A DNA stretch of 50,568 nt, from the NCBI GenBank assembly GCA_017882165.1, contig JADGPZ010000005.1:1-50568 (forward strand). Direction: 5' to 3'. Shown in pieces: positions 16,416 through 25,900 of the stretch (its first letter is position 1; each line of letters starts with the position of its first letter). A program made the position numbers and the translations under genes. Source of the stretch: Candidatus Kapaibacterium sp. GTDB taxonomy: Bacteria > Bacteroidota > Ignavibacteria > Palsa-1295. The notes under the pieces are model-generated. The model did no database searches. It worked only from the letters and a program-made list of their open reading frames with translations, and had not been told where the DNA came from.

Positions 16416-17984
16416 TCAATGGCAATTTTGTACAAGGATTCTTATTTTCTTATAAGTGTCTTGTTCACTAGAGGAAGAATTCAAAGGTGACGGAATCGTC
16501 GAAAAGAACTTTTGGAGTGCATCGCAGTCATGCAGCAGCGATAGTGACTCAGCATAGTACTCTTTGCCCGCAGAGGAGTTGAAGATACTAGGTGCGTCGC
16601 CATGAAGAAACGTCCGAATCCATTCAACGTCCTCCTTCAATCTCTGATGTCCTCGTTCATACAGGGACATCACTTGATACGGATAGTATGTTAGGATTTC
16701 TACCGGATCCTTTCGTGCAATTGGCCGCAGCCTGATAAGAAGCTCATCCTGCCGATTCGAGTCTAATTGCGCAAGATCGGCACTCAATTCCTCATAAAGA
16801 AAAGCATTGCGCAGGTACGACAGCGTAATCCTTTCGGCTGAAGGGGCAAACGCAAGTGCCCGATCGATCGCGGATGAAAAACGAGCGGTGTCTGTCCATG
16901 AATGAACTTTAGGGTCGTAGTCTCTTCCTGTATCGGGGAAAAGACGAACAACAAATCCCTCATTTCGAAGATAGGGTGCAATCCCATTGAACATACTGAA
17001 GTCGAATGACCATGGGAAAAAGATTGGACGACGCCACTCGTTCGTCCGCACGATCAATTGAAACATATAGGCGCCAAGAGCATGGGTTGAATGCATCTCG
17101 GATGCGTGAAATGCTTCGATTGCCGGAATGGTGGCCACAGCATGCCCGATTGTCTTTTCCAAGTCGCTTCGAACAGACGAATCCACAGGGAAATTGACGA
17201 ACCCTTCCGCCTTGCCAAGGAGCCAAAGTTTGTGATATTCTTCGTAGGGGAGATCGAAAGTCGAATCCGTGGTCCCACGTATCTGCGGAAAGGGGGTGGG
17301 CGTGATCCAATGAGGCACTCCGCGATCGATCAGGTGTTCATACCAAGGCAGCTCAATTAATCCAATATGAACAACGCTGACATCTTGCCGCACCCCTTCG
17401 ACGAGTTGCAGGTACCAAATCGGAAACGTATCATCATCACCATAGGTAAACATGATAGCGTTTTGCGGAAGCGCGTCGAGGATCAAACGTGAATATTCTA
17501 CCAACGCATCCGGAAATCCTCCGCTTCGCTTCGCGGCCATGAGATCAACGACTACATTTTGAATATCCCGTAGATACAGGTGCCACAAGGCCATACCTCC
17601 ATAAGTATGGCCGATAGATTGCGGGAGAGAAAGATTGAGACTACGGTCCGTGATGTTCGCGTCAAGGCTTCGGGCAAGCTCGAGATATGCCAATTCCGAG
17701 TCTGCTGAAGCGAGTCCTCGTATAGCATTTTTTGGTTCGCACAAATCACCAATCGAGCCTAATCGTCCAAACGCGCGGGCCACATAGAGTGCCGCCAGCG
17801 CGCTCGTCCTGTGTGTTTGATACCAGTTCCGAAAGGAATCGACCACCGTCTGACAGGAGGGCTCAAAGTCATGTCGGTCGAACCTGGCTATCATTGAATC
17901 GAGTCGCGCGGCATCCCTCGCTTGTGCATGGACACTTAGCGATGCGCAACAGAGCAGGCAGGCTATTACGATGGATCGAATCAT
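16416..17984 (-). CDS. Secreted protein with a DUF2723/TMEM260-like extracytoplasmic domain
   Basis: Signal peptide; NAIMFTYGDDDTFPIWYLQLVEGVRQDVSVV..L...WY and RPIFF motifs; no multi-TM region. Confidence 0.6.
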   Translation of the reverse strand: MIRSIVIACLLCCASLSVHAQARDAARLDSMIARFDRHDFEPSCQTVVDSFRNWYQTHRTSALAALYVARAFGRLGSIGDLCEPKNAIRGLASADSELAYLELARSLDANITDRSLNLSLPQSIGHTYGGMALWHLYLRDIQNVVVDLMAAKRSGGFPDALVEYSRLILDALPQNAIMFTYGDDDTFPIWYLQLVEGVRQDVSVVHIGLIELPWYEHLIDRGVPHWITPTPFPQIRGTTDSTFDLPYEEYHKLWLLGKAEGFVNFPVDSSVRSDLEKTIGHAVATIPAIEAFHASEMHSTHALGAYMFQLIVRTNEWRRPIFFPWSFDFSMFNGIAPYLRNEGFVVRLFPDTGRDYDPKVHSWTDTARFSSAIDRALAFAPSAERITLSYLRNAFLYEELSADLAQLDSNRQDELLIRLRPIARKDPVEILTYYPYQVMSLYERGHQRLKEDVEWIRTFLHGDAPSIFNSSAGKEYYAESLSLLHDCDALQKFFSTIPSPLNSSSSEQDTYKKIRILVQNCH

Positions 17985-18940
17985 TTATTCGGATTCACAT
18001 TCAGCATTGGCGTGAGTTTGGAATCGAACGGCGTTATGACGAAGGTCGAGTTTTTCGAGTTGACGAGTTCTTTCAGAGTCGTGATGTAGTTGTATTGCAG
18101 GTACTGGTTCGTGAGCGAACCGGCGATGATCTTCTGCGCGTCCGAAATACCGCCGGCCTCGACGCGCTTGCGGTCCGCTTCCTGACGCTCGCGCTGCAGG
18201 ACGTACTGCATCTTCTGCGACTCCTGCTCGGCCGCGATCTTCTCGTCGATCGCCGTGCGGACTTTCTCCGGCAGCAAAATATCGCGGAGCAGCACATTCT
18301 CGAGCACGATGCCGCGAGTCTTGAATGCCGCAAGCAGTTTGCTCTTGACGAGTCCGGTGTAGTCGTCGCGCCGGCTCGCATAGAGATCGGTCGCGAGATA
18401 ATTCACCGCCGCATCGCGCAGCGCCGAGCGAATCTCCGGCCTCACGACCTTCTCCACGTAATCGAGCCCGATCGAGTTGTATACCTTCGGTGCGCTCGCG
18501 GGCGAGAGATGATACTGCACCGTCACTTCGAGCGTCAGCGTGAGTCCGTCCTGACTCAGCACCTGAATCGCATCGTCGCCCTTGATCTGACCCTCGTTCG
18601 TCTTGGCCGACATCGTGTAGGCCTGCGTGCGTTGATCCATTCGGACGATATTGATCATCGGATTGATCGCATGAAAGCCGCTTTCAAGGACATCATTCTG
18701 GACATCACCGAAGAAGACCTGAACGCCGACCTCGCCAGGATCGATCGTCACGAACGAGCCGAACGCAAGGACCACGATTGCAAGCACGAAGAAGAGCGGT
18801 GCTGCCATCCCTGCGATCTTGCCGACGTTGGCTTGGTTCAGTTGCCCGCCTGCGGAGACCGAACCGACACGTGATTTGCGTGCGTAAAGCAACAAAACGC
18901 CAACACCAACAAGGATGAGTGCGAAAAATAACGATGCCAT
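17981..18940 (-). CDS. SPFH/prohibitin-family membrane protein
   Basis: TM anchor; IDPGEVGVQVFFG, SQDGLTLTLEVTVQY, LRDILLPEKVRTAIDEKIAAEQ. Confidence 0.92.
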   Translation of the reverse strand: MASLFFALILVGVGVLLLYARKSRVGSVSAGGQLNQANVGKIAGMAAPLFFVLAIVVLAFGSFVTIDPGEVGVQVFFGDVQNDVLESGFHAINPMINIVRMDQRTQAYTMSAKTNEGQIKGDDAIQVLSQDGLTLTLEVTVQYHLSPASAPKVYNSIGLDYVEKVVRPEIRSALRDAAVNYLATDLYASRRDDYTGLVKSKLLAAFKTRGIVLENVLLRDILLPEKVRTAIDEKIAAEQESQKMQYVLQRERQEADRKRVEAGGISDAQKIIAGSLTNQYLQYNYITTLKELVNSKNSTFVITPFDSKLTPMLNVNPNK

Positions 18941-18958
18941 GGCGATGAGAATTAATAA

Positions 18959-19747
18959 TTATGAAATGAAATCCGGTACAAAGGTACGAAGAGAACCACG
19001 ATTACGCGGATGATGCGGATTCTCAGGATTGATTTTTGGGGATTTGGTGTCCGGCTCCGATATTGCCTTGGTTTTCCAGACCGAGCGAATCCAATCCTGA
19101 GAATCCGCATCATCCGCGTAATCGTGGTTCAGGAGTTTGAGCAGCTTCTGCATTCTCATCGACTTCGTCTTGTGCGCCGTGATGGAAGGGAGTCTCCTGA
19201 ATATTAGCGCGGCGAGCGCCTCGCGTTCCGCACTCGGCGCCACGCTCGCGGCTTTCTCCGCATAGGTCGGCCATTGATTGATGGGCGCGGTGCGGATAAT
19301 ATCGAGCATCAATGGAACGCACTCCTGCGCGTGCTTACCGGTCGAGAGCTTTGTGAGAATCGTGACCGCATGGTCGCGCGCGATGACAGACTCGCCATCG
19401 GCGGCTTTGAGAATTGCCTTCAGATGTGCATGAACATCTTCCGGCTTCACGCTCGCACAGCAATCGAGCGCGCACATCCCGCCCCAGACAAGACGTTGAG
19501 TTTTGCTCGTGAGGAGTGCTGCGAATTCATCGACGTAGTCCGCTATCAGCTTCGGTTCTCGCTCGCCAATTTCGTAGAGCGTTTTGATGCAGTCGGATGC
19601 GAGGCGCTTGTTCTTGTCGGTCAAGTGCTCGACCAGTTCGCGCACTGCGTTCGAATCGCGAGTGCGAATGATGCCCAGGGCGAGCACAATGTTCGCAGAA
19701 GTGTCGCGGTGATTGAGTGAACTGGATAAGCGTTCGATCACGGTCAT
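18959..19747 (-). CDS. HEAT-repeat-like protein with a repeat-derived C-terminal tail
   Basis: SDCIKTLYEIGEREPKLIADY...RLVWGGMCAL helical repeats; the last ~55 aa run through a DNA inverted repeat. Confidence 0.7.
   Translation of the reverse strand: MTVIERLSSSLNHRDTSANIVLALGIIRTRDSNAVRELVEHLTDKNKRLASDCIKTLYEIGEREPKLIADYVDEFAALLTSKTQRLVWGGMCALDCCASVKPEDVHAHLKAILKAADGESVIARDHAVTILTKLSTGKHAQECVPLMLDIIRTAPINQWPTYAEKAASVAPSAEREALAALIFRRLPSITAHKTKSMRMQKLLKLLNHDYADDADSQDWIRSVWKTKAISEPDTKSPKINPENPHHPRNRGSLRTFVPDFIS
18993..19130. repeat. Perfect 39-bp inverted repeat with a 60-bp spacer (MITE-like)
   Basis: gaaccacgattacgcggatgatgcggattctcaggattg (18993-19031) and its exact reverse complement (19092-19130). 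Confidence 0.9.
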
Positions 19748-20133
19748 TTGAGTGCTTTCGAAAATGCAATCACATGTTCATCCGGATCGGCGAGATAAAC
19801 AACGTTGTGTCCCCAATCGCGCGCAGCAAGCGGGCTGAGCATTCTCGCTCCGGCTTCGAGTGCCGTTGCCGCGCATCCGCCCGGATCATCCACGACCAAG
19901 TACAGCTCGCATCTCGGAATATTGTGCGCAAGCTCCGGGTCTTCGATTGCGCTACCGAGCAATTGCTTGATCCCGCGCGATGGCATGAGGCCCAGCGTTG
20001 CGCCGCCAATCTCGAACTCGGTCATGCCCGGAACATCGAGCGAGGGGTCGCGCGCCAAAACCGCACGATAGAAATCTCGGCTGCGCGCTTGATCGGCGAC
20101 GTAGAGGATGATCTCAAAGTGGTGTATCGACAT
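19744..20133 (-). CDS. VOC/glyoxalase-family protein
   Basis: Start at MSIHHFEIILYVADQARSRDFY; PGMTEF, PRCELYL, RDWGHNVVYLADPDEHVIAF. Confidence 0.85.
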   Translation of the reverse strand: MSIHHFEIILYVADQARSRDFYRAVLARDPSLDVPGMTEFEIGGATLGLMPSRGIKQLLGSAIEDPELAHNIPRCELYLVVDDPGGCAATALEAGARMLSPLAARDWGHNVVYLADPDEHVIAFSKALK

Positions 20134-20161
20134 GCGGTTTTCAGTGCTTCGCATTTTCTTC

Positions 20162-21013
20162 TCAGCAGCAGTCGCTTCCGCACGCACAGCTTGCCTTCGC
20201 CGGTTTTTCGGCGTAGACCGTGATGCTGAAAATACCGGTTTCCTTTGAACCGAACGCTTTGATTTGCTCGACACTCATGTAGTTCGAGAGGATATCAGCG
20301 GGAATCACAATTGGCTTGTCTTTCTGGACCGTCACGTTCTTGAATCCGTTCTTGGCGATCAAGCGGAGATACTCGTCCTTTTGAATTGCCCCGGCGACGC
20401 ATCCGGCATACATCTCCGCATCCCTTCGCAATGCGTCCGGAAGTTCTCCCGCGAGTACGACATCCGAAATGCTGAAGTGACCGCCGGGTTTCAGCACACG
20501 GAAGATCTCGCTGAACACTGCATCCTTGTTCGGCACCAGATTCAGCACACAATTACTCACGACCACATCGGCCGCGTTCGCACTGACCGGAATATGCTCG
20601 ATGTCGCCTTGCCGGAATTCGACGTTGTTGAATCCAAGCCGATCGGCGTTGGCGCGCGCCTTCTCGAGCATCGCCGGCGTGAAGTCGATGCCGATGACCT
20701 TTCCGCTCTCGCCTGTTTCGGCGCGGGCCACGAAGCAATCGTTTCCGGCGCCGGAGCCGAGATCGATGACGGTATCGCCCGTCTCGATCTTTGCGAACTG
20801 CGTCGGGAGTCCGCAGCCCAGACCAAGATCGGCATCCGGAGCATAACCTTCGATATGCGAATAATCATCGCTCATGATGTTGTAGACTTCGGTCGAGCAT
20901 CCACCGGCCCCACAGCACGAGGAGGCGTTCGTCTCTTTGTCCTGAAGTGCGATCTCGCCGTATTTCTGACGTACGATTTCCTTGAGTTGTTCGGCAGTTT
21001 CCATGTTCGTCAT
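20162..21013 (-). CDS. arsM: Arsenite S-adenosylmethionine methyltransferase
   Basis: SCCG, LGLGCGLP, DLGSGAGND, SNCVLNL, YAGCVAGA and a C-terminal Cys cluster; downstream of arsR; start at 21013 or 21004. Confidence 0.92.
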   Translation of the reverse strand: MTNMETAEQLKEIVRQKYGEIALQDKETNASSCCGAGGCSTEVYNIMSDDYSHIEGYAPDADLGLGCGLPTQFAKIETGDTVIDLGSGAGNDCFVARAETGESGKVIGIDFTPAMLEKARANADRLGFNNVEFRQGDIEHIPVSANAADVVVSNCVLNLVPNKDAVFSEIFRVLKPGGHFSISDVVLAGELPDALRRDAEMYAGCVAGAIQKDEYLRLIAKNGFKNVTVQKDKPIVIPADILSNYMSVEQIKAFGSKETGIFSITVYAEKPAKASCACGSDCC

Positions 21014-21072
21014 ATTAATAGTGTGAGGGTGAAAGAAGATAATCGGTTGATAACGATGAATGACAGAATGTT

Positions 21073-21405
21073 TTAGCAACACTTGGCTGCCATCACCCCG
21101 TGCGATTTGAAGAACTCGCCGAGCGCTTCCTGCGCTGCATTCCATTCCTTTTCATTGATGCAATAGCACACGCGTGCGCCTTCGATCTCGCCCGTGATGA
21201 GGCCAGCCTCCTTCAGCTCCTTGAGGTGCTGCGAGACGGTGCTCTGCGCGATCGGCAGCTCATCGACGATATCGCCGCAGATGCAGGATTGCCGCTTGAC
21301 GAGTAACCGGAGGATGGCCACTCGCGCCGGATGCCCCATCGCCTTGGCATACCGGGCAAGCCGGTTGTCCTTCACCGAGAACTCCTCTGATTTTGTTGCT
21401 CCCAT
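21073..21405 (-). CDS. arsR: ArsR/SmtB-family transcriptional repressor
   Basis: [42 protein letters not shown]; terminal CC. Confidence 0.92.
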   Translation of the reverse strand: MGATKSEEFSVKDNRLARYAKAMGHPARVAILRLLVKRQSCICGDIVDELPIAQSTVSQHLKELKEAGLITGEIEGARVCYCINEKEWNAAQEALGEFFKSHGVMAAKCC

Positions 21406-21419
21406 ACTTTGGCTTATAC

Positions 21420-21435
21420 ATCGCAATATTGCGAT
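21420..21435. promoter_or_regulatory. Probable ArsR operator
   Basis: Perfect 16-bp palindrome atcgcaatattgcgat about 15 bp upstream of the arsR start. Confidence 0.7.
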
Positions 21436-21600
21436 TTGTTTCAACCGAACAAATTAGCACTCTCGATGCCCGACAATGGGGGCACACCAATCAATCCCCG
21501 ATTATGTTGGGGTGATTGCTTTCCGGCCAACAATCCAGGCCGTGAGGCCGAAACGCGCCTTCATGTATCATGAACGTGCGACCATACAAATGTAATTATT

Positions 21601-22866
21601 ATGTCGAAGATCCATATTATTAGTAGCAAAATCGTATCGGGAGTTCGCAGTCTTATCCTCCGCGTTTTCATTCCATGTTTTCTGCTGATCGCGAGCTATG
21701 ACTCCGTAACCGGCTTCGATACGTACTGGCATTCCGGCATGGCAACGGAAGTCGGTCAGAAGTGTGGCTTCAGCGCGGACGCGATCAAGGTCCTTCAGTT
21801 CAGCAGCTTCTGCGTGGATTATTTCGGTCCGTTCATTACCGAGGCGATCGGCTTTGTTGCGAAGAACGCGAGTTACCTCGAGCTTCGCAATCTTCCGACG
21901 ACCGGCCAAACCCACGAGGCTTCCAACTTCATCCATTTCGATAATCTCGCCGGCCAATTGGACCGCAATTGGAAGTTCGATTACTTGTGGTCGCGATTGC
22001 TCGAGAACACGCGGAAGACCGTTACCGCTTATTACAACGACACTTCGCTGAAACCGGACGATCGCAAACGGCTCATCCTTCTCGCGCTCGGGGCATCGCT
22101 GCACATGGTAGAAGATTTCTATAGCCACTCGGACTGGATCCATTTCGATTTTGTCAAGATGGGATTCCGCCAGCAAAGAACAAGCATGGGAGATGATCGC
22201 GCGCCGACATGGTTCGAGCTCAGGAAGAGATTCGGGGCGCCATCCGTGCGAGGTCGAAAGGAGAATTGGAAATTCCAGCTTTGCAGCGGGATATTCCCGC
22301 CAGCGAATGACGTACCGCTCAGTTCGCTCGGCGTTCCGATTTCGCATACAACGATGAACCATGACAACTCGCAGCTCTACTATGACGGAGCGTCGCAAAT
22401 CAAATATCATGCGTTCGGTGCATATCCGGCATTGGACTCGGCCAGCGCGGTCAAGCATCAACTCTATGCCTATCATAGTGCCTGCGCGGCCGCAATTGAA
22501 TGGATCGGGATGCTCGAAGAGAGTCCTGCGGCAAAGCGCGCGATCGAGTTTGCGAAACGGTGGGATATGGCGAAAGTCGATCACGCTGTCGCGGACGATC
22601 TGCAGGATGGGTTATATTCTTCGCTGATGGTCTCCTGCATCATGCAGAAGTGGGACGGCAACTACCCACCCCGAGATCGCGCAAAGGACTGTGGAGTGTT
22701 TAAGATACTGGAGCATATCCACATCCCCACGATGGGCAACGTGTTTTGGGGCTCGTTCCCAAAAGATAGCGTCCTGCAACATCTTGCACTCGGCTTTGGC
22801 GATTCGACCGGGCATTACTCGTTCGATTCGCTCTGGGTGGGGCGGCATCCCATGAGGAGGGATTAG
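21601..22866 (+). CDS. Secreted HET-C/VWA7-like (PLC/P1-nuclease fold) protein
   Basis: Hydrophobic signal followed by FDTYWH; HFDN; LGASLHMVEDFYSHSDW; MNHD. Confidence 0.6.
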   Translation: MSKIHIISSKIVSGVRSLILRVFIPCFLLIASYDSVTGFDTYWHSGMATEVGQKCGFSADAIKVLQFSSFCVDYFGPFITEAIGFVAKNASYLELRNLPTTGQTHEASNFIHFDNLAGQLDRNWKFDYLWSRLLENTRKTVTAYYNDTSLKPDDRKRLILLALGASLHMVEDFYSHSDWIHFDFVKMGFRQQRTSMGDDRAPTWFELRKRFGAPSVRGRKENWKFQLCSGIFPPANDVPLSSLGVPISHTTMNHDNSQLYYDGASQIKYHAFGAYPALDSASAVKHQLYAYHSACAAAIEWIGMLEESPAAKRAIEFAKRWDMAKVDHAVADDLQDGLYSSLMVSCIMQKWDGNYPPRDRAKDCGVFKILEHIHIPTMGNVFWGSFPKDSVLQHLALGFGDSTGHYSFDSLWVGRHPMRRD

Positions 22867-22869
22867 GAT

Positions 22870-22945
22870 TTATTTCATCCACACAATCCGCTGCGCCGGG
22901 CTTTCGCCTTTGTCCGTCACGAGCTTGTAAAAGTAAGAGCCGCTC
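22870..22945 (-). pseudogene. Stranded duplicate of the 3' end of the gene at 27468-28289
   Basis: Encodes SGSYFYKLVTDKGESPAQRIVWMK* versus SGSYFYKLVTDKGESPAKRIVWMR*; nucleotide match to ~27474-27544. Confidence 0.85.
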
Positions 22946-22986
22946 TGGATCGGTTCGAGGCCCTCCGGATTGCCGGGGGATGCCAT

Positions 22987-25900
22987 CTACCGAAGATACA
23001 CAAACTTCTCCACGCGCCGCTCTTGTCCGGCCTTCAGGAGAAGGACGAAGCTGCCTTCGGATGGAAGCGAAAGCGGAACCTCATGGTAACCTTTGACTTC
23101 GGAGATGCCTCCCGTCGTGAAGACGACTCTGCCTAATTCGTCATAGACCTCGAGCATGATATCCGCATCGCCCGCGAGCGTGAACTGCGCGATTGGACGT
23201 GTGGCGGATGGCTCCCGCACCGCGATTCGCAGCAACTCGATGAGAGACGTACCTGCGATCTCATGTCGTATCAACTGATCGCCGCAGAACGGACCGATCG
23301 TGAACGTAGCCGTGTCGCTCGTAGACACTGCGGCGAGTACGCATCGAGCGTAATTGCTGTCCCCCGCGTTGAATTGGATCGGACTTGCAATGATCGTCGT
23401 CTGAGAATCCTTTGTTGCCGCGACCGTCATATCACAGTTGACCAGCGGGTCATCCACGGCGATCGGACCGTTTGGATCTGATTTGGTCAGCGTGAGATCG
23501 ATGCCGCCACTGTGCGGCGCTTGTGAGGATAATCTCCATCCATTCGCGGGACTGATCTGCTGTGGTGTCAAGAGATTGTCGTTGAAATTCAGGCGTGCGG
23601 AGACGCTGCGAAGGCCCGCGCCACTCGCGAGGCTATCCCGAAATCGGAGACTGTATGAAATGGTCTGTCCCGGTAATGCCGTTGCGAATGCCGCATTATT
23701 CACACGTCCGCCGAGGCGCATCGATGCGGGATTACCATAGCCCATGCCGGTGATTCGAATGGAATCGCGCGCGTTGGTTGCGGTGCTCGCAATATAGACG
23801 AGCGCGACGAGCGTATCGGCCGATTCCGCATCGAAAGTGATTTCGATCGAGTCATGCTCGCCCGGCTGGAGCGTGCGGGGACATGAGGGAATCCGTGTGA
23901 GCGCAAACGAGGAATGTGAAGACGGGGCGTTTAACCGGATGCTGTCCACTTCAATTGCTGCGCACCCATCATTCGCGAAATCAATGTATTTGCTGTCCGT
24001 GCTGCAAATTCTCGCGCGTAATTGGTGAAGCGCCGTTGGAAGTCCCAATACGCTTTGGGCATTGCCGGAAGTCGCGCTTAGGAATAATGCGAATGAGGTA
24101 TCGCCAACAATCCGGCAGGTATCGCTTGCAGTCGATAGCGGAGCGAGCAGCCAATGGAACACAAGCCGAATGGAATCGCCCGGTGCCAGCGTGCGCGGTA
24201 ACGCCGAGGCATCGAGCTGCAACTGGGGTCCGGATTGCAGCAGGCTCGCGCTTTGAAGCGTGAGCGAATCACATTGCGACTGGTTCACGATCGTTACGCT
24301 CGTATCGACGGTCATGCACGGCGGAATCCCAACCAATACAAGCGCCGGCGGTGCAATACGAAGTTGCGGCGCGGGCGCAACGACGAACGCATGCACCGAA
24401 AACGGCAACGCCGCACGGCCGTTGTTGCTGGAATCTGTCGCCGTAATGGTGGCAAGGAACTCGCCGGTCGCCCCTGGGGTGAACCGAATATGGATTGCCA
24501 CGCTGTCCTTGGTGTGGACCCACGTTCCGGGCTTCGGCGAAACGATTGTCACCAGCGGGTCGGAGGATGTAATCTGAACGATCTCGATCGAATCGCACGC
24601 GACATTGACGAGCCACGCTTCACGTTCGGTCCAGGTGCACTTACTCACGGAGTCCAGTTCGACCGTGGCTGGAGCAATCAAACCACCGGGGACGACGGTG
24701 CCGGAATAGACGATGGTCGTATCGAGCCGGCTTGCATCGAGCACGAATGCAAGATGCAACTGGGCATTGCGTGGGCCGGGCGCGCCGGGTACGTAGTGGA
24801 TCTGGATAGAATCCTTCGTACCGCTGGCAATGTATCTCGGTAGTGCGGGGGCGTTCGCGATCGAATAATCGGCGAGCGGAATCGTCCAATCCGTAGCAAC
24901 CCACTCGATCGTCCGGCAGGACGTGTTCGTGAAATAGAGTGTGGTATCGAAACTGCCGCAGAGTGTCGATGTTGGCATCGTGATACGGGCCGTGCGCGTT
25001 GTAATGCGAGGCCGCACGTTCGAAAGCACAGAGTAGGAAATGCCGAGTGCCGTATCGTACGAAATGCCCAAAGCTCGCAATTGCACTTCGACCGTGGTGG
25101 TATATGTGCCTCGGGCGTATGCCGTCGGTGAGATGGGAAACGAAATCGAGGAATCCGCCGGGAGTTGGACCGGATAGGTGAAGGTCGTGTCGAGCGAGCC
25201 GTCCCCGGTTTCGGAGATGGCGTCGATCTCCATGGCATCGCATGCATGATTCGTTAGCTGAACGCGAAGATTTTTAAGGGCGCACGAGTCCTGGAACGTA
25301 GCCGCCGTTGGCACCACCGCTTCCATCGGATTCTTTGCCGCGACTTTGATCGAGAAAGTAAGAACGGTATCGACCCTGAGGGTACCGACCGCAAGGTGGA
25401 CGGTTGCTCGTTTCACGAACGTGCCGAGCGAATCCGCGCGCACGCGAAGATGGACCGGGAGCATAGATCCAACCGCGAGCGATACTGGAAATGCCGGACC
25501 GGTGATACGAAAGATTGCGGTATCCTGGAGATCGATTCCGGTAACGGTCAGGCTGTCGCAAAATGTGTTGCGAATCTGAATGACAGTATCGAGCGGCGCG
25601 CAGAGTCGCGCCGATTGCAACGCGAGCCGGTCGATATGAATCGAGACCGGGTTCGTCTGCTGAAAATAGATCGGGACCGTGGAGTCTCGTAAATCAATAC
25701 TGCGGGCGAGGCGGTAGCGGAGTGTGTCCCGATACGTGCCATCGACGATGGCGCGGCCAACCACGCGCAGGACCACGGAATCGCCGGGAAGCAGACGCGT
25801 TTTGCTCGCGGAATCCAGATGGAAGTTGATACTCTGCGCCAACCGGAGGTTCTGCAGCGCGAGCGTATCGCAGCAACGGTTTGTGATCGTGATATAGGAA

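Noticed and set aside
19744-20133. ArsI C-As lyase next to arsM
   Set aside because: VOC fold, but it lacks the vicinal Cys-Cys pair expected in ArsI
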